Positions 51,376-64,000 of a stretch of 64,000 bases of DNA are shown piece by piece. The translations under genes and the position numbers were made by a program. The stretch covers positions 55,304,001-55,368,000 of the forward strand of contig NC_042999.1 in NCBI RefSeq assembly GCF_006345805.1, given 5' to 3'. The DNA comes from Octopus sinensis (lineage: Eukaryota). A model generated the notes under the pieces. The model was not told the origin of the DNA and did no database searches. It worked only from the letters and a program-made list of their open reading frames with translations. The first letter of the stretch is position 1. The number at the start of each line of letters is the position of its first letter.

Positions 51376-52661
51376 ACCCAGCCAGAAAACAAGATTTGGA
51401 AGCTGTTATTTTGTGCGTCACTGCATTGCGACGATAGCACGTGCTTTAATATGAAACTGTAAACAAATGTAATATTGGCAGAACTCTGTTCTACACACGC
51501 CACATAACCCCTCATGAATTTTTATTTCTTCGAATTTTCAAAAAAGTTTTGCGAAATTGTATTCTACGCACAGGAATTCATACAATTATACAAAAATCAA
51601 AAAAGAAAAAAGAAAAGAAAATTAGCTGTTATTTCTAGCACACCTCACGATCACCTCATATCTCAAGTATTTTAAACATTTAATAAAAGACAAAAAGATC
51701 ACTTAGTAAGCAGCTTGGTAACAGCTTTGCTTGTTACTACGGAAACAGCTTTTGATTGGCTAAAATTACCCAAAATTTGCAAACTTTAAAAGCTAGTAAC
51801 GCTTTATTGATTTATGGCAAAAATGAATTTCATGTCAATAATTACCATACAAAGCTACACCAAAACACTAAATATGAAATCAATTGGAACAAAATTAAAG
51901 AAATTAAGAAATGGCAGCCAAATAGAAAAGATCCCCAAGTCGTACCACAGCTCATCAACGATCTTTTCAATGACTTTTTTTTTTATTACGCTTCATTTCG
52001 AGTCATAGATTATTTGTTTAAATAAAGTAACACTCCAGTATGGCCTTGATGAGGGGTGATATGCTGAATATATGTTCGTTCTCATTCTCTTTCCCTCCTC
52101 CCCCTCTCTCTCCCTCTCTCTAACATACATACACACACACACATACATACAAAGACGCATATGTTTATACGTGTCGATTCTACTGACGGCAATATCTTAA
52201 TTTGTCGGCGACATTTCAATGTAGCAGCAACGTATTGGGCTTATTTTACGCATGTAGACATCATACAAAAGAAAAACCATTTCTTTAACTTACACCACGT
52301 TTTATGTGCACATATATTCCATCGAGTCAAAGCTATCTCCCTTTAAATACGCTTCCATGTGTGACTGTTTGTGTGTGTATATATATATACACACACACAC
52401 ACATAAACACCCCTTTTTTCTAATCCTTTCACTACATCCCTTAAGAGGATTTTTCAACTCCCTTTGATATTTGACAATTACCCAAGCGTAACCATATTTT
52501 AAACATGCCGACAATGACTTTCACACTCTTTCAATTATTCAATAAGTTGATCACGTGATTCACAAAAAACTTAATTGGGTTAATTAAATGCTGATGAAGT
52601 CGATCATGAAAAATAACAAAATAGTGTTTATTCACTGCTTGGTTTTGAAACTATGTACTAG

Positions 52662-52828
52662 GCGCAGGAGTGTCTGTGTGGTAAGTAGCTTGCTTACCAA
52701 CCACATGGTTCCGGCTTCATTCCCACTGCGTGGCACCTTGGACAGGTGTCTTCTACGATAGCTTCGGGCCGACAAAAGCCTTGTGAGTGGATTTGGTAAA
52801 TGGAAACTGAAAGAAGCCCGTCGTATAT

Positions 52829-52872
<44 letters not shown>

Positions 52873-53075
52873 GTGTGTGTGTGTGTGTGCATCTTTATCT
52901 GTGTTTGTCTCCCCAACATCACTTGACAACCGATGTTAGTGTGTTTACGTCCCTGTAACTTAGCGGTTCGGCAAAAGAGTCCGATAGAATAAGTACTAGG
53001 CTTACAAAGATTTCTTCGACTAAAGGCGGTGCTCCAGCATGGCCGCAGTCAAACGACTGAAACAACTAAAAGAAT
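52662..53075 (+). mobile_element. F1 SINE, full length
   Basis: Head-microsatellite-tail. Confidence 0.85.
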
Positions 53076-53089
53076 ATTACAAGCTTTAT

Positions 53090-53715
53090 ATAATATGAAG
53101 ATATTTTCATCAAATAATATTATTACAAATTGTTACACTAACAACAACAGAATAGACAACACATCAGAAAGTGTTAAGTGCAGAATTTGTGGACAAACTG
53201 GTGAAACCGTATGGTATATTACCAGTCAGTGTTCGTCACTAGCCCAGCAAGAATATAAGAGACGTCATGACAATATAGTAAGGATTGTCCATTGGACACT
53301 TTGCAACAAGTATGGATTTCACAGAGCAAAAACGTGGTACGAACATAAACCCGAAATGATAATGCAAAGATCCTTTGGGATTTTATGATTCAGTGCGATC
53401 ATGAGATAGAGAATAGGAAGCCAAACATAGTCTTAATTGAGAAAGAAAGCAAACTATGCTGGATCATAGATATAGCACGCCCAACTGACAACAACGTATG
53501 CGATAAGGAAGAAAGAATAGTCGAGGGATATGACAGGTTAGCTTGGAAGGTTAAGCAATTGTGGTCGATGAAAAACGTGGCAGTAGCATCAATAATTGTC
53601 GGAGTCCTGGGAACAGTGAGCAAAAATCTTGAGAAGTACGTGGAACAAATAGGAACTGCAGTAAGAGTGGAGCACTTGCAGAAAACAGCACTGCATTAGA
53701 AGCTGAGCAAAGACA
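53090..53715 (+). mobile_element. Dong/R4-like RLE retrotransposon 3' fragment A
   Basis: CCHC knuckle 'CRICGQTGETVWYITSQC..YKRRHD', RLE 'RKPNIVLIEK..IIDIA..IIVGVLG'; followed by (AAT)n. Confidence 0.9.
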
Positions 53716-53718
53716 ATA

Positions 53719-53786
<68 letters not shown>

Positions 53787-53788
53787 TA

Positions 53789-53821
<33 letters not shown>

Positions 53822-53847
53822 ATAATATTATTATTAATATTATTATA

Positions 53848-54182
53848 TGCGTGTCTCTAAAAGAAATGGAGAAACTCTCAAAATACAAAGACCTGGAAAT
53901 AGAGGTAACTAGAATGTGGAATCTGAAAACAGAAACAATTCCTATCATAGTAGGTGCATTAGGCATGATAAAAAAATATTCAGACAAATACATAACAAAA
54001 ACACCAGGACTTACAAACACATAACATACAGAAAATTGCACTACTAGGCACTGCACACATCCTACGCAGAACACTTTCCATACAATAACCATCAGAGCAT
54101 CACAACAAATCACAGCACATACCCAAGGCACACAGAGCTGCGCTCGGTAGTGAAGTGAAAGCAGGCTATAAAAATAAAACTA

Positions 54183-54185
<3 letters not shown>
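53848..54185 (+). mobile_element. Dong/R4-like 3' fragment B with 3' UTR
   Basis: 'KEMEKLSKYKDLEIEVTRMWNLKTETIPIIVGALG..LLGTAHILRRTLSIQ*'; (AAT)n on both sides. Confidence 0.9.
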
Positions 54186-54277
<92 letters not shown>

Positions 54278-54296
54278 TAATAATAATATTAATAAT

Positions 54297-55195
54297 AAGT
54301 AGCAAACAAACTGATGTCGACCAGAAACACACGCACCAATGGTTACGAAGTTCAGGGCTAAAAGCAGAGAGTGAAGGTTTCATATTAGCTGCTCAAGACC
54401 AAAGCTTATTAACCCGGGACTACCAAAGCCAATGTGATAAAAAATGGAGCTGACCCAAAATGCCGATTCTGTAATGATGAGATTGAAACAATAGACCACC
54501 TAATCTTAGGGTGTAGAGTCTTAGCACCTGCAGAATATAAAGCAAGACATGACAGAGTCGGCCAGTATTTACATTGGACATTATGTCGGCATTATAAAAT
54601 CAAAACCGCTGGCAAATGGTATAAACATCATCCTGAAGCTGTGACTGAGGGAGAAAATGTGTCGATTCTATGGGACTTCTCCGTGTAGACCGACAGGACT
54701 ATAAAAGTTATTAAACCGGATATTATTATAAAAGATCAGACAAAAAGGATGTGTTTATTAATTGACATGAGTATTGCCTGTGATCACAATATAGCGGCGA
54801 AAGAATTTGACAAGATTAGTAAATATAAAGACTTGCTAATAGAAATTGAAAAAATGTGGCATCTCAAGGCGACTACAGTACCAGTGATTGTAGGATCTCT
54901 AGGATTGATAAAAAAAGGCACTGAAACCTATTTGAAAATGATTCCAGGCTTACCATCCCAGGAAGTGCAAAAAATCGTATTAACTGAAACGGCTCATGTA
55001 CTGAGAAGAGCACTATCGCTGTGAAAATAACATCCATCCGTGAATTTATTTATTTATTCATTTTTAAATACATATTTTGTCTGTGAATTTGCGCGTGTAA
55101 TCTGGGAATGCATACTATGCCCTTCTCTGCCCTAGGTGTATGGAAAACACTCGGCGAGAAACGGAAGAAAATTTGAAGAAAGAAGGAAAAACAAT
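54297..55195 (+). mobile_element. Dong/R4-like 3' fragment C with 3' UTR
   Basis: 'GLKAESEGFILAAQDQ..CRFCNDEIETIDHLILGC..KPDIIIKD..IDMSIACD..KYKDL..PVIVGSLG'; (AAT)n on both sides. Confidence 0.9.
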
Positions 55196-55204
55196 AATAA
55201 TAAT

Positions 55205-55392
55205 AATTTCTACTCTAGGTACAAGGCCTGAAATTTTGGGGGAGCGAGCCAGTCGATTACATCGACCTCAGTACGTAAATGGGACTTAATTTATCGACCC
55301 CGAAAGGATGAAAAGCAAAGCGGACCTCGGCGGAATTTGAACTCAGAACGAAGCGACGGGCGAAATGCTAACGATTCTGCTAACTCGCCACC
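55205..55392 (-). mobile_element. F2 SINE
   Basis: Reverse complement of the F2 body. Confidence 0.8.
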
Positions 55393-55423
55393 AATAATGA
55401 TGATGATGATGATGATGATGATG

Positions 55424-55487
<64 letters not shown>

Positions 55488-55761
55488 CCATCATGACTAC
55501 CCGTCTGATAAAGGTACACCAGGCACATGCATCACAACCATATGTGCGCGACATGGTGATCTCATATCAAGATAAACAGCACATGACCTTGCAGGTGGGG
55601 CCCAGTTAGAATTTTCTTCAGGTTGAGTAGTCCATCCCGCTCAAAAGGTCCCTGAATAAGGGTTGTTTAAGGATGTTGAAAGAACCACCCATGTTTCCAG
55701 AGGTGAATTATTCAAACCCCAAAGAATCCCTCTCAACACATGGCTATGATGCTCCCCCACA
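55488..55761. repeat. Second copy of the unclassified repeat
   Basis: Matches 9316-9590; AAT repeats on both sides. Confidence 0.8.
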
Positions 55762-55836
55762 TAATAATAATAATACAAAATTGCTCCCAACTATTTCTTT
55801 GGTTCCTGTAAGGTAACTCAGCTGGGCGCAAGTGTC

Positions 55837-55939
55837 GGAGAGCAGGCACCATGGAGAGCAGGCGCCGCTGGGAGCGGGCGTCACGGAAAGCGGGCGTCAT
55901 GGAGAGCAGGCACCACGAAGAGCGGATGCCACGAAGAGC
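55837..55939. repeat. GC-rich 16-bp minisatellite (~6.5 units)
   Basis: Consensus ggagagc(a/g)ggc(a/g)(c/t)ca(c/t). Confidence 0.85.
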
Positions 55940-56869
55940 CTGGGACAACAGTTATAAGCTTTGAGAAAAGAAGATGATTTTATATTAAGTACCAGAATAT
56001 TGAACATTTTCCAATGTCGGGATCCGCTCCAGAGCAGTAGTTACATTTGCATCGTCAAACAAAAAGTGATATCACACAAGAGTGTATGAAAGCAGTGAGT
56101 TTGTAATTGGGAACTTCATCACATCAAAGTATTCAAGTGCCGCGAAGGTGCGTGGCCTGGTGGTTAGGACGTCGCACTCATGATCGCGTGATCGTGGTTT
56201 CAATTCCCAGACCGGGTGGTGTGTTGTGTTTTTGAGAAAACGATTCCTTTCAGCAGATTGGATACAAGGGTGAGATGGTGACTGGGGAAAATCAGGGTCT
56301 CGCGAGCCACGTTTTCTATTTAGCGAGGGAAACGATGGAGACTACAACCCGTGCAGTGAGTCCCGACTGGTTGGGATGGGTTGTTCAGTCACGTCGAAAG
56401 ATGAATGGAAAAGACAAGTTGCATCATCTGCAAAACAGAGCTGATGAAATATTTACGACAAAGGAGAATCATTGTGTGTATGTATGTATGTATGTATGTA
56501 TGTATGTATGTATGTATGTATGTATGTATGTATGTATGTATGTATGTGTGTGTGTATGTATGTATGTATGTATGTATGTATGTATGTATGTATGTATGTA
56601 TGTATGTACGTATATATGCATGTCTCTTCTATTTTTTAATTATTATAGATCTTCCACTGAGGAGAGAGCCAGTTTCCAACAAAGATACAAGGCTCCATCT
56701 TTGGGATGTAGTTAACAGACAAATTCACATTTGTAACTTGAAAAATGTCTTGCATATTTTTACTGTTCCACTCACAGATTGCACTTGTAATGTGTGAATT
56801 AACCGGTCGAATTCCCTTTCTGAAAATCCCAGTTTATCCAGATTTTCTTATGTAACTAAACGAGAGAAA

Positions 56870-57198
56870 ATTTGAGCTGATGCATTTTGGAAGAAAGACT
56901 ATACTAAAACAGCCTTCAGGGGAACTGCTCACAGCATCTAATAATATCAGAGACCTAGGTGTAATTGTTGGTAACAATCTCAGTTGGAGTGCTCACATAA
57001 AAAATAAGGTCGATATAGCTCGTAGGATGAGCTCCTGGATCTTAAGAACCTTCCAGTCCAGGGAACAAGGTGTCATCATTCCACTTTCCTTCGCCATTGT
57101 ATGGCCACACCTCGAATACTGTTGCCCTCTGTGGTATCCCCATACAAAACAAAACACCTCGAAAATTGAATCACCCCAGAGGGCATTCACTAAGTGAA
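56870..57198 (+). mobile_element. CR1-like LINE RT-thumb fragment
   Basis: 'IRDLGVIVGNNLSWSAHI..ARRMSSWILRTFQSR..PHLEYCCPLWYPH..IESPQRAFTK'. Confidence 0.9.
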
Positions 57199-57202
57199 TT
57201 AA

Positions 57203-58993
<1,791 letters not shown>

Positions 58994-59968
58994 TTAATTC
59001 AAGCAATATGACTTTTTATTATATAGAAATTACAACCGACCGAGAAGTTGCTTTGTATAGGTGTATAATACATATTTACACTTAGAATCTTTTTCTGCTA
59101 AGTGGTCTATTTTTGTTCTCTATATCATAAGAAGACGCAGTCGGTTTAGTTGAATAATGTTCCTGAAACATGATAAATGTGTGTGCCTAGTGAAGAGATG
59201 ATTGCTGAGTTTTCGAGCAGAGGCCATCTTTGACAATAAGAATAAGAAACAATAAGGCACTAAAAGAGAATGACTCTCCCCAGACGCAACAGAATAAGAA
59301 ATAGGTTAAATGGCAACTTTCTTGCCTAATTCTTCGAAGAAATGTCGGTACTTTTTGGTTATCTCATCTCCATTAAAAACTTGCCATTCAAAAATTGGGT
59401 CATCTCCTCACTAAAATATCGAGTTAATGTGACAACAAGAGATTGGATTAAAAGAGTTAGAAGATCCTTTTGATTCAATACTTCAACACATTGGTGACTT
59501 TTTTGGCCTCCTCAATAGGAATGGTAGGATTTGTTATAAAAATATTATCAGATTCAATAAGATGTTTAATTTTTTCTTATTTTCATGTTTATTAATTTTT
59601 CATTTTATTTTTCGTTTTATTGAGAGTTAAGCAATTTATTTTTTAGTTGAGGGAGAAGACCTAACGTACCGATATTTCTCGCAAAGCGGGGAAAATAACA
59701 AAAGTTTTTACTGGGGGTGAGATTACCAAAAAGTACCGAAATGTCTAACCGGAAACTCAGAAATCATCTTCTCTGTATAAAATGTCAACGACGTTTCTTC
59801 TTTTTGTCTTTATTTTCTGCCTGTTTCACTGGTTTGCCCGGACACGTGTATTACCTTCATTTTGACCTTTACAGATGTCCTTTTTTAAATATTTAGATAT
59901 TTGATCACACTTTATCGAAACAATTTTTTTTATCGAAGCAAAATTGCTTATTCAGAATTACACACATT

Positions 59969-60068
59969 TCTTCTTCTTCTTCTTCTTCTTCTTCTTCTTC
60001 TTCTTCTTCTTCTTCTTCTTCTTCTTCTTCTTCTTCTTCTTCTTCTTCTTCTTCTTCTTCTTCTTCTT
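59969..60068. repeat. (TTC)n microsatellite
   Basis: Pure array. Confidence 0.95.
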
Positions 60069-60194
60069 CGAGTCTTCCATCATTAATAATTATTGAAAGA
60101 AGACGCTAAACCATTCAAATATCTAGCCTTTAATATGCCAAACATTTGGGTGTTTTAATCTGTTTGCTATTGATAAAACAGACAGTAATCCTTA

Positions 60195-60429
60195 CAGTAA
60201 TCCCTCGTCATATCGCGGTTCACCTATCGCGGTTCACTTGTGGTTCACATATCGCTTACGTCGATTCCTCCTTGGTGTTGTTTTGCATTTATAATAAAAT
60301 AAATAAAATACAAATTATAGAAATAATTTTTTAAAATATACAATGCAGTACTGTTTCGACTGTGCTGATTTTTACCTATCGCAGTGGATTTTGGAACGTA
60401 ACATTCACGATAGTCGATGGGGGTTACTG
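60195..60429. mobile_element. pogo/Tigger-like MITE
   Basis: ta|cagtaatccctcg..tatcgcgg ... cgatagtcgatgggggttactg; internal 'tatcgcggttcac' repeats. Confidence 0.7.
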
Positions 60430-61006
60430 GACTTCATTAACCTCGGTTATGCTCGCACAAACGTGTATGCACACGCACTCATACACTTACACGCGCGCGT
60501 GCACGCTTACTCATACAAACATATTTACGCCTGTATATATAAGTCCTGGGTATGGCCTCTGGTAGTGGAGTTCTGATTCAGGAGTTCCAGCCTTTTGAGG
60601 AGTGTGAAATCATCTCTGAACCACTATTGTGTCCAGGTTTAATCTGACCCTAAGTAGTATTACATATTAGGAGGCTAGGTATGAGTAAATCGGTATGTGA
60701 ACCACAATGGATGAAGAACCCCAAGTTCTTGTTAGAATTTATTTCTTAAAGAAGATACACTTGTACAAAGATACAACAGGAAGTGTAGTTGGTCATCTGG
60801 TCATCTCAACCTCAATTGTGCCACTGGTTTTATAACTGATTGTACTGAAATGTGGGTATAGTGCTGTGCAACATTTCATCCACTCAAAACAAATTCACGC
60901 CAGGAACTTCTTGGACTCTTGGAACGTTTGCAGGCATTTATTTAGTTTAGGAAATGGTCTTATTCGGTCACGAGTTGACTTCTACCATATATATATATAT
61001 ATCTAT

Positions 61007-61051
<45 letters not shown>

Positions 61052-61333
61052 TAGAAATTTCTAAATTCAAAATGAAAAATTAAATTACACCATCTAGAAA
61101 ATTACATATAATAGAAATATTAAATATAAGATAAAAAATAATATACCGATGAATAAGTAATGTGCAAAATAATAAAACATATATATTTGGTATATGTGTG
61201 TGTATAAATATAGGATAGTGGTACAACAATGCACCAATATTTACTGGAAATAGCAGTCGATAATATACGACGCTATGGTAAAGCTTCACTGTATATATAT
61301 ACATATACATACATACATACATAGATATATAAA

Positions 61334-61388
<55 letters not shown>

Positions 61389-61827
61389 TATATATATATA
61401 TATATAGATATATATATAAATATATATAGATATATATATAAATATATATATATATGTGTGTGTGTTTTGACAATTTTTTATTTGTTGACCTAAAATGTTC
61501 TCTTTTTACTTTCTAGAAATGTTTCTTGTCGTCCCAGCATATATAATCTGCACAAAAGAGTTATACATCTTTCTGTGTTTAATGCCCAACGATGTATCTG
61601 AACGATTAAATAAAACTTCTACTGACATCAATAGAGCTTTTCCACTAATTTTTTTTTAATAAATTCTAACCGTGAATATGCATTCTACACCGATGCAAGC
61701 CAATTTCACGATCGGTTATGATTTCTATATATTTTCTTATAGAGTAGTTTTGCTAGATACCGCGTTCCGGATGAAGGTAAGTCACTCAATAACATCTTCA
61801 AAGAGCCACTAATGACGTGGGTTAGAA

Positions 61828-62218
61828 AGCCTGCGAGCTGGCAGAAACGTTAGCACGCCGGGCGAAATGCGTAGCCGTATTTCGTCTGCCGTTAGGTTTT
61901 GAGTTCAAATTCCGCCGAGGTCGACTTTGCTTTTCATCCTTTCGGGGTCAATAAATTAAGTACCAGTTGTAATCGACTTAGTCTTTGTTTATCCTCTCTG
62001 TGTTTAGCCCTTTGTGGGTAGTAAAGAAATAGGTATTTCGTCTTCCGCTACGTTCCGAGTTCAAATTCCGCCGAGATCAACTTTTCCTTTAATCCTTTCG
62101 GGGTCGATTAAATAAATACCAGCTACGCACTGGCGTTGATGTAACCGATTTAATCCCTTTGTCAGTCCTTGTTTATCCCCTCTATGTTTTTATCCCTTAT
62201 GGGCAATAAGGAACTAAA
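61828..62218 (+). mobile_element. Dimeric F2 SINE with 16-bp TSD
   Basis: TSD aatgacgtgggttaga at 61811 and 62219; second monomer lacks the head. Confidence 0.85.
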
Positions 62219-62235
62219 AATGACGTGGGTTAGAT

Positions 62236-62440
62236 AGGTGGTGAGCTGGTAGCAGCGTTAGCACGCGGGATAAAATTCTCAGCGATATTTCTTTCGGTTT
62301 TTCGCCCCGAGTTAAAAAACGGCCGAGGTTGATTTTACCTTTCGTCATTTCGGGGTCGATAAAATAAGTTACTCGTCGAGCACTGGGGTCTATGTAATCG
62401 ACTGGTCCCCTCCGATAAACTTTCAGGCCCTTTGTCTACA
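62236..62440 (+). mobile_element. Older F2 SINE
   Basis: Diverged F2 head and body immediately after the TSD. Confidence 0.8.
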
Positions 62441-63263
62441 GTATGTTACAGCTCCAATACATATTCCAGAAAAGCAGGAGGACGGGTAACGAAATAATCG
62501 GTTCTTATTTGCCGACACAAACCACAACTAGTTTCCTCAGATTCCCTTCTGTACTAAAGTAGAGGCAATTTACATGTTTGGCTTTAAATAATATATTTAT
62601 AAGCAAGAGGACACTCGAGAGATTATGAAAAGGCATTATGTGATGTGGCCTGCTATTATATCCGCTTGGAGGAAACGATCAGATTGTGTGATTGCCTTCG
62701 GTATTCGTTAAACTATTTTTGCAAAGAAAGAGTCAATCTTTAAAGACTTAGGAATTCTCTTAAATTCAAGCAACAATGAATTAATAGACTAACATACTAA
62801 ACTAAAGGTTCTCTATGTTTACTGTCCCGTGTTTAAATTTCGTTTGCAGGTTTGCTGAACATCTCGCCTCTGCAAGGTTACTCTGTTAACAAAGAAGCCT
62901 AACAATGGCTTTAGGTGTGATTATGAAGCAATAATCGGAAACCACAGGTTTAGCATCGTAAATAGTCTTTTTAATGTTATATAATATTATACACTCGAAT
63001 GGTTTCTTTTAGAAGACATAGCGAAGTCTGATCAAGCGGAACAGTTAGTAAAGTCGGTCAAGACTGAGTAGAAAGCCGTGGGAAAACAGGACTGTTGTCA
63101 CAGACTCAAACTGCTTTAACTACAAGGAAGATTTACGCTTGGTTAACTAATGTCATGCAAGTACAGTTAATGATACTGATGGTGATGATGATGATGATGA
63201 TCGTAACGCAGAGAAAGGCAATAATAATAATACTGGTAATAATGATAATAATGATGATGATAA

Positions 63264-63310
<47 letters not shown>

Positions 63311-63314
<4 letters not shown>

Positions 63315-63671
63315 GCGACTACATTACCCATTGTTATTGGGGCACTTGGAATGATATCGAAAGGAGTAAACAAATATACTGACAAAATTAGAGGCGGCCC
63401 CAAAATAAGTGAACCGCAAAAGATTATACTGATGGGTATCTCACATATTTTATGTAAATTCCTCTCCATGTAAATACAATCTTATTCAGATCTCTTTTAT
63501 TATAAATTTTATAAAGAAGTTTATTTTATTTATTTATTTTTAACACAGACTATAATTCTTTTCAGTTGCGTCGCATCCCACCTGTTCGTATCTTTACATA
63601 CAAAAATTTTGTCCATTGAAGAAGTCTCTGGTTGAAATTTGGGTGCAGCTTGTATAAATCAAGCAAAGGCA

Positions 63672-63672
<1 letters not shown>
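63311..63672 (+). mobile_element. Dong/R4-like 3' fragment E with 3' UTR inside (AAT)n
   Basis: 'KATTLPIVIGALGMISKGVNKYTDKIRGGPKISEPQKIILMGISHILCKFLSM*'; (AAT)n on both sides. Confidence 0.85.
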
Positions 63673-63702
<30 letters not shown>

Positions 63703-63704
63703 TA

Positions 63705-63740
<36 letters not shown>

Positions 63741-63853
63741 TGATGATGATGATAATAATAATAATAATAATAATAATGATAATAATAATAATAATAATAA
63801 TGATAATAATAATAATCAAAATAATAATGATAATTATAATAATAATAATAATA

Positions 63854-63893
<40 letters not shown>

Positions 63894-64000
63894 AAGAAAA
63901 AGACGAAGAAGAAGAAGAAGAAGAAGAAGAAGAAGAAGAAGAAGAACAACAACAACAACAACACAACAACAACAACAACAACAACAACAAGCACAACAAT
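63673..64000. repeat. Compound (AAT)n-(GAA)n-(CAA)n microsatellite
   Basis: Trinucleotide arrays running to the window end. Confidence 0.95.

Noticed and set aside
60540-60960. Non-repetitive stretch, possible LINE remnant on the minus strand
   Set aside because: Only a weak 'KNLGFFI' hint with stops in all frames
62849-62870. 'RFAEHL' GIY-YIG-like hexapeptide
   Set aside because: Isolated, stop soon after, no other PLE sequence nearby

Overview
Repeat-saturated animal DNA, almost certainly intronic or intergenic and most likely from an octopus (inferred from the SINE families and extreme (TA)n/(CA)n/(TAA)n/(GATA)n density). There is a 100-N gap at 47015-47114. No intact host gene can be supported, and nearly all long ORFs in the track are translated microsatellites. 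The window contains: (1) a ~5.2 kb Penelope-like retroelement (RT + C-terminal GIY-YIG, Neptune/Naiad-like) with two ~1.2 kb pseudo-LTRs, each carrying a minimal hammerhead-ribozyme-like motif, plus several more hammerhead-like motifs from other Penelope-type families at 15-23 kb, including an inverted pair; (2) an A20-finger ZFAND5/6-like fragment, probably a retrocopy; (3) five 3' fragments of RLE (Dong/R4-like) retrotransposons, four of them in (TAA)n; (4) Tc1/mariner elements, one an IR/DR Tc1 interrupted by a 139-bp locally templated insertion; (5) CR1 and RTE LINE fragments; (6) four SINE families, fold-back MITEs and a 223-bp near-perfect palindrome. Coordinates were read by eye and decayed elements are approximate.
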